A model generated the notes under the pieces. It worked only from the letters and a program-made list of their open reading frames with translations, had not been told where the DNA came from and ran no database searches. From an uncultured Eubacteriales bacterium (lineage in GTDB: Bacteria > Bacillota > Clostridia > Lachnospirales > Lachnospiraceae): DNA of 64,000 bases. A program made the position numbers and the translations under genes. The stretch covers positions 738-64,737 of the forward strand of contig CASFAQ010000016.1 in NCBI GenBank assembly GCA_949292725.1, in the 5' to 3' direction. How positions within the stretch are numbered: the stretch's first letter is position 1; each line of letters opens with the position of its first letter. Below are positions 28,693 to 38,180 of this stretch, in pieces.

Positions 28693-29404
28693 CCGTACAT
28701 TCTCCAAGTCCTGCCAGATCTTTTATAACCTCGCCCGCAATTAAAAGTCCTGCAACAGGCGGCACATATGACATACTGCCCGGAACCACCTTATCCATTC
28801 CGTCATTATCGACCGGTTTACGAGCCTTCTCAGTTGAGTAGACACACTTAAGCCTCGTAACCGCCCTCTTCCTTAGTTCCCTTCTCATAACTCTTGCAAG
28901 CGGGCACACAGAGGTGTTATATATATCGTCTACAACAAATGCTCCTGCATCAAGCTTGTTGCCGGTGCCCATGGAACTTATCACCGGTACATTCGCTTCA
29001 TTTGCTTTCATGATTATCTCAATCTTGGCGGTAACAGTATCTACCGCGTCAATTACATAGTCATATCCCGAAAAGTCAAATCCGCTAGAATTTTCAGGAA
29101 GGAAAAAGCATTCATGTGTTTCCACGACTGCGGTAGGATTAATATCAAGTATCTGCTCCTTCATCACATCAGTCTTATATCTGCCCAGCGTGCTTACGGA
29201 CGCTATTATCTGCCTGTTAATGTTGGATGCGGATATTCTGTCATTATCTATAAGTACAAATGAACCGATACCTCCACGCGCAAGTGCGGATACTGCATAT
29301 CCGCCAACTCCGCCTATTCCAAATACCGCAACCCTTGCATTATTGAGCCTTGCAAGAGCATCCCTGCCAATCATAAGCTCCGTGCGCGATAATTCCTCTC
29401 TCAT
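28685..29404 (-). CDS. tcdA: tRNA threonylcarbamoyladenosine dehydratase (ThiF/E1-like)
   Basis: 239 aa. VAVFGIGGVGGYAVSALARGGIG..LIDNDRISASNINRQ. Confidence 0.82.
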   Translation of the reverse strand: MREELSRTELMIGRDALARLNNARVAVFGIGGVGGYAVSALARGGIGSFVLIDNDRISASNINRQIIASVSTLGRYKTDVMKEQILDINPTAVVETHECFFLPENSSGFDFSGYDYVIDAVDTVTAKIEIIMKANEANVPVISSMGTGNKLDAGAFVVDDIYNTSVCPLARVMRRELRKRAVTRLKCVYSTEKARKPVDNDGMDKVVPGSMSYVPPVAGLLIAGEVIKDLAGLGECTDE

Positions 29405-29429
29405 ACACCTCTCTCCGAACTGATATCCG

Positions 29430-32400
29430 TTATTCTATGGAAGCATGTATCTCCTGGAGCGGCATCACGCCGACATCTCCCTCTTTGATAACAGTGTATA
29501 TTCCTTCTGCCGTGGCTTTGGCCGCCGCCATGGTCGTAAAGTATGGTACCTTTGCCTTAATCGCTGTCTTACGTATATAACTGTCGTCAAACTGCTTCTC
29601 TTCCTTTGCAGCCGGCGTATTGATGATAAGCTGAATGTTGCCGTTCATAACTTCATCAACGATATTAGGACGACCTTCCTGCATCTTATTGATACGAGAT
29701 GCTTTTATATTATTAGCTAGAAGAAGCTCGTATGTACTTCCCGTTGCAACGATATTAAATCCGCATTCTTCAAACTTCCTTGCAACATCCACAACCTCAG
29801 GCTTATCCCTTCTGCTTACGCTAAACAGTACCGTTCCCTCCTTAGGAAGTCGGGTCTGGGTCGCTTCCTGCGCCTTAAAGAATGCTTCTCCGACATTGGT
29901 TGACAAACCGAGGACCTCCCCGGTAGAACGCATCTCCGGTCCGAGAACCGGATCGACCTCCTGGAACATATTAAATGGAAATACTGCTTCCTTTACACCA
30001 TAGTAGGACGGATGTGCCTCTTTTATGTTGGCGATAGGCGATTCCATATTGGTAAGCTCTCTGGTCATAATCTGCGTTGCAAGCTTAACCATCTGAACAT
30101 TGCACACCTTTGAGACAAGCGGCACGGTTCTTGACGCCCTTGGATTGGCCTCAAGTACATAGACCTTTCCGTTCTCAATTGCATACTGCATATTCATAAG
30201 ACCGCTAACCCCCATCTCTTTTGCAATTCTTCTCGTATATTCCTTAATCGTGGATACAAGCTCATCAGGTATATTCTTAGACGGAAGAATACATGCGGAA
30301 TCTCCTGAATGAACTCCCGCAAGCTCTATATGCTCCATTACAGCCGGAACATATGCATTCTCCCCGTCAGCTATCGCATCAGCTTCACACTCAGTGGCAT
30401 GTCTGAGGAATCTGTCTATGAGTATCGGTCTGTCAGGTGTTACTCCGACTGCTGCAGCCATATACTGTTTTAAACTCTCAGAGTCATTGACCACTTCCAT
30501 TCCCCGTCCTCCAAGCACATATGAAGGACGGACCATTACAGGATATCCGATTTCCTCAGCCACCCTGACTGCCTCAGAGACGTCCACAGCCATACCGGCC
30601 TCAGGCATAGGGATACCAAGCTTATCCATCATACCGCGGAACAGATCCCTGTCCTCTGCCATATCTATGACCTCCGGAGAGGTTCCAAGTATATTTACTC
30701 CATTCTTCTTAAGGTCAAGAGCAAGATTGAGCGGCGTCTGGCCACCGAACTGTGCTATAACACCCTCTGGCTTTTCCTTCTCATATATGCTCAGTACGTC
30801 CTCAAGGGTAAGCGGTTCAAAATACAGCTTATCAGACGTATCATAATCCGTTGATACGGTCTCAGGATTACAGTTTACTATTATCGTTTCAAAGCCAAGC
30901 TCCTTAAGCGCAAATGCAGCATGTACACAGCAATAATCAAATTCTATACCCTGACCTATTCTGTTAGGTCCTCCTCCAAGGATCATGATCTTCCTTCTGT
31001 CGGATACAACGGAATTATCCGGTGCATTGTATGTGGAATAATAATAGGCGCTGTCCTTGGTACCGCTTACACGTACAGGCTCCCATGCCTGTGTTATTCC
31101 GTATTCTGTTCTTGTACGTCTTATATCATCCTCGGATACATCAAGAATCATTGAGAGATAACGGTCTGAAAAACCATCCTTCTTGGCTTTCATAAGAACT
31201 TCTTTTTCAGGAATCCTTCCCTTCATTGCAAGAAGCTCTTCCTCCTCTCCGACAAGTTCCCTCATCTGCTCTATAAAGTATTCTTTTATTCCGGTAAGCT
31301 TATGTAACTCTTCTACCGACGCACCTTTACGAAGCGCCTCATACATTATGAACTGTCTCTCGCTTGTAGGATATATAAGCATCGAGAGCAGTTCTTCCTT
31401 GCTCTTTTCATAAAAATCTTTTGCAAATCCAAGACCATATCTTCCTGTCTCAAGACTTCTTATAGCCTTCTGAAAAGCCTCTTTATATGTTCTTCCAATA
31501 CTCATCACTTCACCCACAGCGCGCATCTGAGTTCCAAGCTTATCCTCTGAGTCCTTAAACTTTTCAAAAGCCCATCTTGCAAATTTGATAACTACATAGT
31601 CCCCTCCCGGAACATACTTATCAAGTGTGCCATGCACACCGCACGGAATCTCATCAAGTGTAAGTCCCGCCGCAAGCATCGATGACACGAGCGCGATAGG
31701 AAATCCTGTCGCCTTCGAGGCAAGCGCTGACGAACGTGATGTTCTTGGATTAATCTCTATAACTATTATGCGGTCTGTAGCGGGATCATGTGCGAACTGA
31801 ACATTCGTACCTCCGATGACCTGCACCTCTTCCACTATCTTATATGCCTGCTCCTGTAATCTTTGCTGACATTCCTCAGATATTGTGAGCATCGGCGCAG
31901 AACAGAACGAATCACCCGTATGTACTCCCATCGGGTCAATATTCTCTATAAAGCATACTGTAATCATGTTGCCTTTTGCGTCGCGTACCACCTCAAGTTC
32001 AAGCTCTTCCCAGCCGATGATGGATTCCTCTACAAGAACCTGACCAACCAGACTTGCCTGAAGTCCTCTTGCACACACCGTCTTAAGCTCTTCCACATTA
32101 TACACAAGTCCTCCGCCTGCGCCTCCCATGGTATAGGCAGGTCGAAGAACAACCGGATATCCAAGCTTGTCTGCTATGGCAAGAGCCTCATCAACCGAAT
32201 AGGCAACCTCACTCCTTGCCATCTCTATTCCAAGTTTATTCATGGTCTTCTTAAATTCAATACGGTCCTCACCACGTTCAATTGCATCCACCTGAACGCC
32301 TATTACCTTTACATTATATTTGTCGAGCACACCTTCGGTGGCAAGCTCAGAGCACAGATTAAGGCCCGACTGCCCTCCAAGGTTAGGAAGGATGGCATCC

Positions 32401-32648
32401 GGACGTTCCTTCTCTATAATCTGCGTAAGTCTTGTTACGTTAAGCGGTTCAATATATGTAACATCGGCAATGCCCGGATCCGTCATGATCGTTGCCGGAT
32501 TGGAATTCACCAGGATTATCTGATATCCAAGCTGCCTTAACGCCTTACACGCCTGCGTTCCTGAATAATCAAACTCACATGCCTGTCCGATAATAATCGG
32601 ACCCGAACCGATAATTAATACTTTTTTGATATCTTTTCTCTTTCCCAT
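29430..32648 (-). CDS. carB: Carbamoyl-phosphate synthase large subunit
   Basis: 1072 aa with two ATP-grasp halves. N-terminus MGKRKDIKKVLIIGSGPIIIGQACEFDYSGTQA. Confidence 0.98.
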   Translation of the reverse strand: MGKRKDIKKVLIIGSGPIIIGQACEFDYSGTQACKALRQLGYQIILVNSNPATIMTDPGIADVTYIEPLNVTRLTQIIEKERPDAILPNLGGQSGLNLCSELATEGVLDKYNVKVIGVQVDAIERGEDRIEFKKTMNKLGIEMARSEVAYSVDEALAIADKLGYPVVLRPAYTMGGAGGGLVYNVEELKTVCARGLQASLVGQVLVEESIIGWEELELEVVRDAKGNMITVCFIENIDPMGVHTGDSFCSAPMLTISEECQQRLQEQAYKIVEEVQVIGGTNVQFAHDPATDRIIVIEINPRTSRSSALASKATGFPIALVSSMLAAGLTLDEIPCGVHGTLDKYVPGGDYVVIKFARWAFEKFKDSEDKLGTQMRAVGEVMSIGRTYKEAFQKAIRSLETGRYGLGFAKDFYEKSKEELLSMLIYPTSERQFIMYEALRKGASVEELHKLTGIKEYFIEQMRELVGEEEELLAMKGRIPEKEVLMKAKKDGFSDRYLSMILDVSEDDIRRTRTEYGITQAWEPVRVSGTKDSAYYYSTYNAPDNSVVSDRRKIMILGGGPNRIGQGIEFDYCCVHAAFALKELGFETIIVNCNPETVSTDYDTSDKLYFEPLTLEDVLSIYEKEKPEGVIAQFGGQTPLNLALDLKKNGVNILGTSPEVIDMAEDRDLFRGMMDKLGIPMPEAGMAVDVSEAVRVAEEIGYPVMVRPSYVLGGRGMEVVNDSESLKQYMAAAVGVTPDRPILIDRFLRHATECEADAIADGENAYVPAVMEHIELAGVHSGDSACILPSKNIPDELVSTIKEYTRRIAKEMGVSGLMNMQYAIENGKVYVLEANPRASRTVPLVSKVCNVQMVKLATQIMTRELTNMESPIANIKEAHPSYYGVKEAVFPFNMFQEVDPVLGPEMRSTGEVLGLSTNVGEAFFKAQEATQTRLPKEGTVLFSVSRRDKPEVVDVARKFEECGFNIVATGSTYELLLANNIKASRINKMQEGRPNIVDEVMNGNIQLIINTPAAKEEKQFDDSYIRKTAIKAKVPYFTTMAAAKATAEGIYTVIKEGDVGVMPLQEIHASIE

Positions 32649-32682
32649 TATCTATCCCCCGCTGAGTATATTAGGATTTTAT

Positions 32683-32723
32683 ATAAAAAAGCCCTACGGC
32701 TTATTATAACACCCATAAGGCTT
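32683..32723 (-). terminator. Rho-independent terminator after the flavin reductase gene
   Basis: Minus strand: AAGCCUUAUGG, 13-nt loop, CCGUAGGGCUU (11 bp, two G-U pairs), then UUUUUUAUAU. Confidence 0.65.
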
Positions 32724-32742
32724 CTTTTCCATAAAAACTTTA

Positions 32743-33240
32743 TTAATCAGGTATATAGGTAGGAGCATTTTTCGGACTTTTACCTTTTATGACATTATGA
32801 TAATACGCATAGGACATAGGTAAACCTTCCCTTTTTTCTCCATCCGTAACCTTTACAAAAAAAACTGTATGGGTTTCTGTCTCGTATGAGCTCGTAACAT
32901 CACCCATGAAATATCCGCAGCCCGCATCCGGAAATGCCAGTCCTTTAGTTAAAACATAGTCTACAGCCTCGAATTTATCGGTATCACGAGAGCTGAAGTA
33001 GCCAAATTTCCCGATAATTCCCGGATCCGCATCCTCTGACAATATCGTCACTCCAAGCCTTCCGTATTTTCTGATACATTCGTTGGTATAATTATCGTGA
33101 TTTATACTTACTGCCACTACGGCAGGCTCTGCCGTCACCTGCATGATGGCATTACATATGCAGCCAACGGGTCTGTCGCCGTCCATTGTCGTCACAACAT
33201 AGACTCCGTAAGACATATTGAAAAATACATTATAATCCAT
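32743..33240 (-). CDS. Flavin reductase-like domain protein
   Basis: 165 aa. YGVYVVTTMDGDRPVGCICNAIMQVT is typical of the Flavin_Reduct family. Confidence 0.78.
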   Translation of the reverse strand: MDYNVFFNMSYGVYVVTTMDGDRPVGCICNAIMQVTAEPAVVAVSINHDNYTNECIRKYGRLGVTILSEDADPGIIGKFGYFSSRDTDKFEAVDYVLTKGLAFPDAGCGYFMGDVTSSYETETHTVFFVKVTDGEKREGLPMSYAYYHNVIKGKSPKNAPTYIPD

Positions 33241-33262
33241 AACAAACCTCCGATAAAAATGT

Positions 33263-34726
33263 CTAATACGTATCTTTTAGGCGCTGATGAATCCTATAAA
33301 ATTCGTCCACGGAAAATGATTTGACCGGGTTCTTACTGTTTGCCGCATTTGCAAGTATACTAACCTTTGCATGCCTTATATTCATCATGGCTTCAACCGG
33401 TCCTGATTTCTCAGTTATATACTGTATTTTGTCATACGGCATCATAATAATCTTTCTTGCCAGCATTCCGGATGAGATAACGAGATAATCATAACCAGTA
33501 TACAGTCCATTCGTATAATAAGACAATATATTAAACAGTACGCTTAACAGAATATATGCCGGTACCAAGGCTATCAATACGGCATTCCCGTATAGTGCAT
33601 CAGAAAACATATTACATATAAGGTATCGGACCGGTATAAGGCACAACAACCCGGCAAATGACCTTAAAAGCTTATACCAGAACACCCTGGCCGGTTGTCT
33701 TTTAATATTGTCCATGTCAAGGACCGGATATTCCGGCAGGAGCATTTTAAGGTCACTCGAAATCTCACCCCATTTTTTGGCAAGCATAATCTGAACCCCG
33801 CCGGCATCTTCTCCTTCGCCGCCTATATTTATAGCTTTTACGGATGCTCGTCCAAATATACGTCCAAGCATTGTATATTCTATGGATATTGCATTAATGG
33901 TATTGACCGGAATTGTAAACTTTCTTTTCCTTATCAGTCCATGGCTTACAAGTATCTTATCGTCCATACGTTTAGTGCGAAAATCAAAATCATCAAGCCA
34001 CGACTTTACAATGTATACCGCAAGAGAGCCGCCTGCAAAAAGCTGCATAAACACTGCGATTACCATGGATACGACATCATCTGTTGCATAAATTGAAGGT
34101 ATTATTGAAATTAAAAGAGCAATTGCCGTAATAAACAGTAATATATTCGTGCGAAAAATACAGCTTATTATGATTTCTTTTGTACTATATTTGATATCAT
34201 AACTATCTTCAGAAAATTCTTTCACAGACCGATTGGGTTCAGCATCCTCACTCATCATCTGCATTATAAGATTCTTTACTTCACCGGCACGCTCTTTTTT
34301 CAATACAATCTCAACATCCGTACTATTTGCGGTAGACAAACTGCTCGTATCAATCTTTAATTTGCATGTGCCGATAATCATATGAAAAATGTTCTGCTCC
34401 AGATTAATATTGGATATATTCTGTACCGACAACGTATTTATATGTCTGTTAAGAGTTTTCTTTGCTACCTCTATTGTTCCGTCTTTTATGGTTATTATCG
34501 TCTTGTACCAGCGTATTACATTCCAGATAACTATGACTGCAAGAAGCAGGATAAATACGGCAAGCGCCATGATTCCTTCCCGTATACTGCCTTTCCTTAT
34601 CAGTTCAGCAGCATCAAGCAGATCATCTGCATTTCCGACAAGGATTACAGCAAAGAAAACCAGCGCCTTCCACATTTTTTCAAGAATCATACCTGGATGG
34701 TTTCGAAAAGTTATATACTCATTCAT
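33263..34726 (-). CDS. YdbT-like membrane protein with repeated bacterial PH (bPH_2) domains
   Basis: 487 aa. TM pairs alternate with PH-like modules. It follows a YdbS-like gene. Confidence 0.75.
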   Translation of the reverse strand: MNEYITFRNHPGMILEKMWKALVFFAVILVGNADDLLDAAELIRKGSIREGIMALAVFILLLAVIVIWNVIRWYKTIITIKDGTIEVAKKTLNRHINTLSVQNISNINLEQNIFHMIIGTCKLKIDTSSLSTANSTDVEIVLKKERAGEVKNLIMQMMSEDAEPNRSVKEFSEDSYDIKYSTKEIIISCIFRTNILLFITAIALLISIIPSIYATDDVVSMVIAVFMQLFAGGSLAVYIVKSWLDDFDFRTKRMDDKILVSHGLIRKRKFTIPVNTINAISIEYTMLGRIFGRASVKAINIGGEGEDAGGVQIMLAKKWGEISSDLKMLLPEYPVLDMDNIKRQPARVFWYKLLRSFAGLLCLIPVRYLICNMFSDALYGNAVLIALVPAYILLSVLFNILSYYTNGLYTGYDYLVISSGMLARKIIMMPYDKIQYITEKSGPVEAMMNIRHAKVSILANAANSKNPVKSFSVDEFYRIHQRLKDTY

Positions 34727-34729
34727 ATA

Positions 34730-35203
34730 TCAACCCTCCGCGCGAGTCTGATATGCATATGAATTGATACGGGTTTTGAGTGTATCAACTATCTCTTCCG
34801 CCTTTTGATGCTCGATAAATCGTATTGTAACATCACCGCCGGCTGTAGTAATGATAACCTTCGACAGACCGAATATTCTGTCAAACGGTCCGCTCTGCAT
34901 GGCAACTTTATGAAGTCTTTCTATCGGAACTATATTACGGGTCACAAATATAAACCCTTCCTTTACATCTATCTCCTCATCCGTAAATCTGTAACGATAT
35001 CTCTCGTATCTTACAAATGGAGCCGCTATTCCAAGCACCCATATCACAGCGTCCACAACCCATATGATATCTGCAGAAAACGGTATGTCAGTGTTGCGTA
35101 TAAAAAACCATATTATAAAGATGGTAACAGTAGCTACAAGGCATGCAGTAATTTCACACACAAGCATCAGGCTTCTTGCCTTTACGTTTAATTTCTCATA
35201 CAT
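34730..35203 (-). CDS. YdbS-like bacterial PH-domain membrane protein
   Basis: ATG at 35203 follows AGGAGA. Two TMs, then FTDEEIDVKEGFIFVTRNIVPIERLHKV. Confidence 0.72.
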   Translation of the reverse strand: MYEKLNVKARSLMLVCEITACLVATVTIFIIWFFIRNTDIPFSADIIWVVDAVIWVLGIAAPFVRYERYRYRFTDEEIDVKEGFIFVTRNIVPIERLHKVAMQSGPFDRIFGLSKVIITTAGGDVTIRFIEHQKAEEIVDTLKTRINSYAYQTRAEG

Positions 35204-36248
35204 CTGTATTTCTCCTAAATATATTATAATAATACGTTTTGCACATTGCACATACACCATCAGATGCAGATTGCAAAATCACAGACACTATAAGAACAAT
35301 TGTCACAACTATTACAAACAGCATATAGTTTTTTATAACTGTCAAATTTGTCATATCAAATGCTGCCTGTATATATTCTATAATAACATGATGCGTAAGA
35401 AATATTGCATATGAATACTTAGTCAAAAACTCACATATTCGAAGAATCCAATTATATTTCAGATATCTGGATATATACACCAAAACAATGAAGAATGAAA
35501 CGCCTACATATGTTGTCTGTATACTTGTCATAAATGGAGGTTTTGTGATTGCATTTGCAATAAGCCCCAAAATTAAAAGAGGCAATATCAATTTTTTCAC
35601 TTTAAAATTACGCTTTACAAATGACATTCCAAAGCACAGCTCAGGAAGTCGAACAAATATGCATTTTGTAATTGACATGTTCATATCATAGTATTTAAGA
35701 ACAACTACATATAATACACCTATCACAACCCATGTAACAATCTCATTTTTCTTTATCAAATAACGAAGTAGCGGGAAAATAATATAAAATAAAACTATAA
35801 ATCCCAAAAACCATTCTCCAAGCACATAAAATCCTGCTCCATATTCTGCAAAATAACCATCCAAACCTATAGCAGTCAATAAAAAGCGTAATTTGTTAAT
35901 GTCAAGTCTCAGAAAACTCTCGAGTCTTGGAAGTACGGCCACGATATATGCAATCCAAAACATAGGGTATATTGCAATAAACCGTTTTATATAGAATTTT
36001 TTTAAATCTATTCTCTCATTATATACATGCATAAGAGCCGCACCCGATATAATTAAGAATAGTGAAACACCCAAATCACCTATATATATACCAAATGGGT
36101 ACTCAAAAAACAAGCATTTATGAATTTGCGGTGATTCAACACCAAATACATACACTGCGTTATAATGTGTAAACAATATTAAAATAACAGCAATAGCTCT
36201 AACAAAATCCAAATAAAATAACCGTTCTCTTTTATTATCCTTCTTCAT
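35196..36248 (-). CDS. Acyltransferase_3 family membrane O-acyltransferase
   Basis: 350 aa. LFYLDFVRAIAVILILFTH start, ~10 TM. Confidence 0.85.
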   Translation of the reverse strand: MKKDNKRERLFYLDFVRAIAVILILFTHYNAVYVFGVESPQIHKCLFFEYPFGIYIGDLGVSLFLIISGAALMHVYNERIDLKKFYIKRFIAIYPMFWIAYIVAVLPRLESFLRLDINKLRFLLTAIGLDGYFAEYGAGFYVLGEWFLGFIVLFYIIFPLLRYLIKKNEIVTWVVIGVLYVVVLKYYDMNMSITKCIFVRLPELCFGMSFVKRNFKVKKLILPLLILGLIANAITKPPFMTSIQTTYVGVSFFIVLVYISRYLKYNWILRICEFLTKYSYAIFLTHHVIIEYIQAAFDMTNLTVIKNYMLFVIVVTIVLIVSVILQSASDGVCAMCKTYYYNIFRRNTDV

Positions 36249-37252
36249 TTTCTATTAAATATACCGTATACCTTACTGTATAATCTCCATATCATCGTTC
36301 TCTTTATATTATATAACTCTTCTTCCAGTTTTTTTTGCGTGATATACGCTTCCTTTACAACTCTGTCAAGCTCATTTCTTACATCTGTAAGCACCATATC
36401 CGACTTTAATTTTTCGTCAAACATCTCCCTGTTTTTAGCATCGATAACTCCCTGAAGGCGGTCGCATTCACATTGCAGAACAATTTTTTCATGTAAAACA
36501 TCTTTAATACATTGGGTGTTTTTCAGACATATGGCCTTCATAAGAGCAAAGCCCTCATTCTCTCCATCGGATATTACATAATCATAAAAACAGCGATATG
36601 TCCGCTCAAGTGTTTCCATATCAGATACAACTCCGAGATAATCCAAAGCTTTCTTAAGCGGATATACACCCTCCATCTCAGGATGATGCTCATAATGATT
36701 CTGGATACAATGGTACAATACCACATCGAGGGGAACCGGAAAGTTAAATACCCACTCATAGTCAATATATACGGGCTCATCCTTCACGAAAATTATATTA
36801 CTGGAAATAGCATCATAATTACAGCACTTTAATGCTTTCTCATTGTCCCTGCTCTTATATTCTCCAAATATTTCCCCGAACTTATCACTTATCTGAAATT
36901 CAGTCCGGTTATCATCCTTACCAAGTATAAGTTTCTTATGTAATAAAAGAAGCTTCTGTATGGAATCCGTATCACCCTTATCGCATGCCTTTATATATTT
37001 TTCCTCAAGCGATTCTCCTGTAACATATTCAAATTCTGCCGTATCACCGCTTAGAGACGCTTTACACATACGATTATCATAATACTGTTCCAATAACGAA
37101 GCATTGGATACAATATTGGCAATATGCTCCAAGCCCTCCGAAAAAACAGCCTTCTTATACACCTTTAATTCATTATCGTCCGTTCCGATAATGGTCTTTA
37201 TGCAGAATTCCTTTCGTCTTTCATCACTGAATTTAACATACTTTACTTTCAT
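36245..37252 (-). CDS. Kinase-like (APH/protein-kinase fold) protein with a C-terminal coiled coil and amphipathic tail
   Basis: ATG at 37252 follows AAGGAG. VYKKA Lys. NYDAISSN (D-x4-N) and IDYEW are spaced as in APH/ePK catalytic and Mg loops. The last ~80 aa are heptad-rich and end in RTMIWRLYSKVYGIF. Confidence 0.55.
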   Translation of the reverse strand: MKVKYVKFSDERRKEFCIKTIIGTDDNELKVYKKAVFSEGLEHIANIVSNASLLEQYYDNRMCKASLSGDTAEFEYVTGESLEEKYIKACDKGDTDSIQKLLLLHKKLILGKDDNRTEFQISDKFGEIFGEYKSRDNEKALKCCNYDAISSNIIFVKDEPVYIDYEWVFNFPVPLDVVLYHCIQNHYEHHPEMEGVYPLKKALDYLGVVSDMETLERTYRCFYDYVISDGENEGFALMKAICLKNTQCIKDVLHEKIVLQCECDRLQGVIDAKNREMFDEKLKSDMVLTDVRNELDRVVKEAYITQKKLEEELYNIKRTMIWRLYSKVYGIFNRK

Positions 37253-38180
37253 TGCTACCATTCTCCTTTACCGCCTCAATAAGAAATGAATTTGCAAAAA
37301 GACTTATCTCATCCGTATCCCTAAGGCTCTCAAAAGCCTTTACCTGATCGAAGGTTACACATGCATCAGAGTCGTAGTTTGAGTGCTTGGCATAGCCGAC
37401 CGGCATCTGTTTTATGGTATCCTCATCATATATTACGGTTGGAAGCTTATAATCAGGGAACGGATAATAGAACGAAATATTTCCGAATCCGCTTCCTGAA
37501 AGCATGTCAGTAAGCTGGGATTTCGTAAATGTACGAACCCTGTCATCATTTCTATATCCCTCTATTCCCAAAAAGGCATTGCCCGTATGGTCTTCATTGT
37601 ATCCGGCGAAATATTTCATTCCAAGCTTATTCTCAATCGCAATATATATCCTTCCTCCGGGTTTCAGACAGGCTGCTATTCTCTCAAGAAAAGCGGTGTA
37701 TGGCGTCCTCGCATCGATATAATAGTATGCGTATTCAAACACTCCTATAAGAGTTACCACATCATACTGTTTCGTAACAGGTATATCCTGAAAATTACCG
37801 ATATAGATATTGATATTATCCATATCCCTGTGACGATATGCATTAACAAGAGAACGCCTTTTGGAAAGTTCTATACAGTCCACCTTCTTACACTTTCTGG
37901 CGAAGGCTCCTGTAACCGCTCCCATTCCGGCGCCAATCTCTAACAGCTCATCCTCCGGCATAAGTGTCATCGGCTCAACTATATTTTCTCTCTGACGGCT
38001 CAGATGATACAGAACCGCCCAATTGGCATATTCTCTGTGGCTGTATTCATATCCCTCTTCATTTTTAACGATGTCAAGAATTAACTCTTCTGTCTCATCA
38101 CCGTCACTGTAACTGTCGACTCCGGAATAAAAGGTCGTGTCTAACGTTACTTTGCCTATTTTCTCTGTCATCATTCCCAC
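37233..38180 (-). CDS. Class I SAM-dependent methyltransferase
   Basis: 315 aa. Motif I is LLEIGAGMGAVTGAFA. It overlaps both neighbouring genes. Confidence 0.85.
   Translation of the reverse strand: MGMMTEKIGKVTLDTTFYSGVDSYSDGDETEELILDIVKNEEGYEYSHREYANWAVLYHLSRQRENIVEPMTLMPEDELLEIGAGMGAVTGAFARKCKKVDCIELSKRRSLVNAYRHRDMDNINIYIGNFQDIPVTKQYDVVTLIGVFEYAYYYIDARTPYTAFLERIAACLKPGGRIYIAIENKLGMKYFAGYNEDHTGNAFLGIEGYRNDDRVRTFTKSQLTDMLSGSGFGNISFYYPFPDYKLPTVIYDEDTIKQMPVGYAKHSNYDSDACVTFDQVKAFESLRDTDEISLFANSFLIEAVKENGSNESKVC

Noticed and set aside
31863-32540. 225-aa plus-strand ORF inside carB. Similar long antisense or alternate-frame ORFs include 2305..2631, 3263..3577, 20191..20553, 30394..30846, 49555..50157, 58907..59533 and 62414..62926.
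   Set aside because: Each lies entirely within a well-supported conserved gene on the opposite strand or in another frame. None has an RBS, and their composition is low-complexity or biased. They are shadow ORFs.
32649-32742. PyrR-type attenuator in front of carB
   Set aside because: The hairpin is best explained as the terminator of the upstream flavin reductase gene. No PyrR binding loop (ARUCCAGAGAGG-like) is present.
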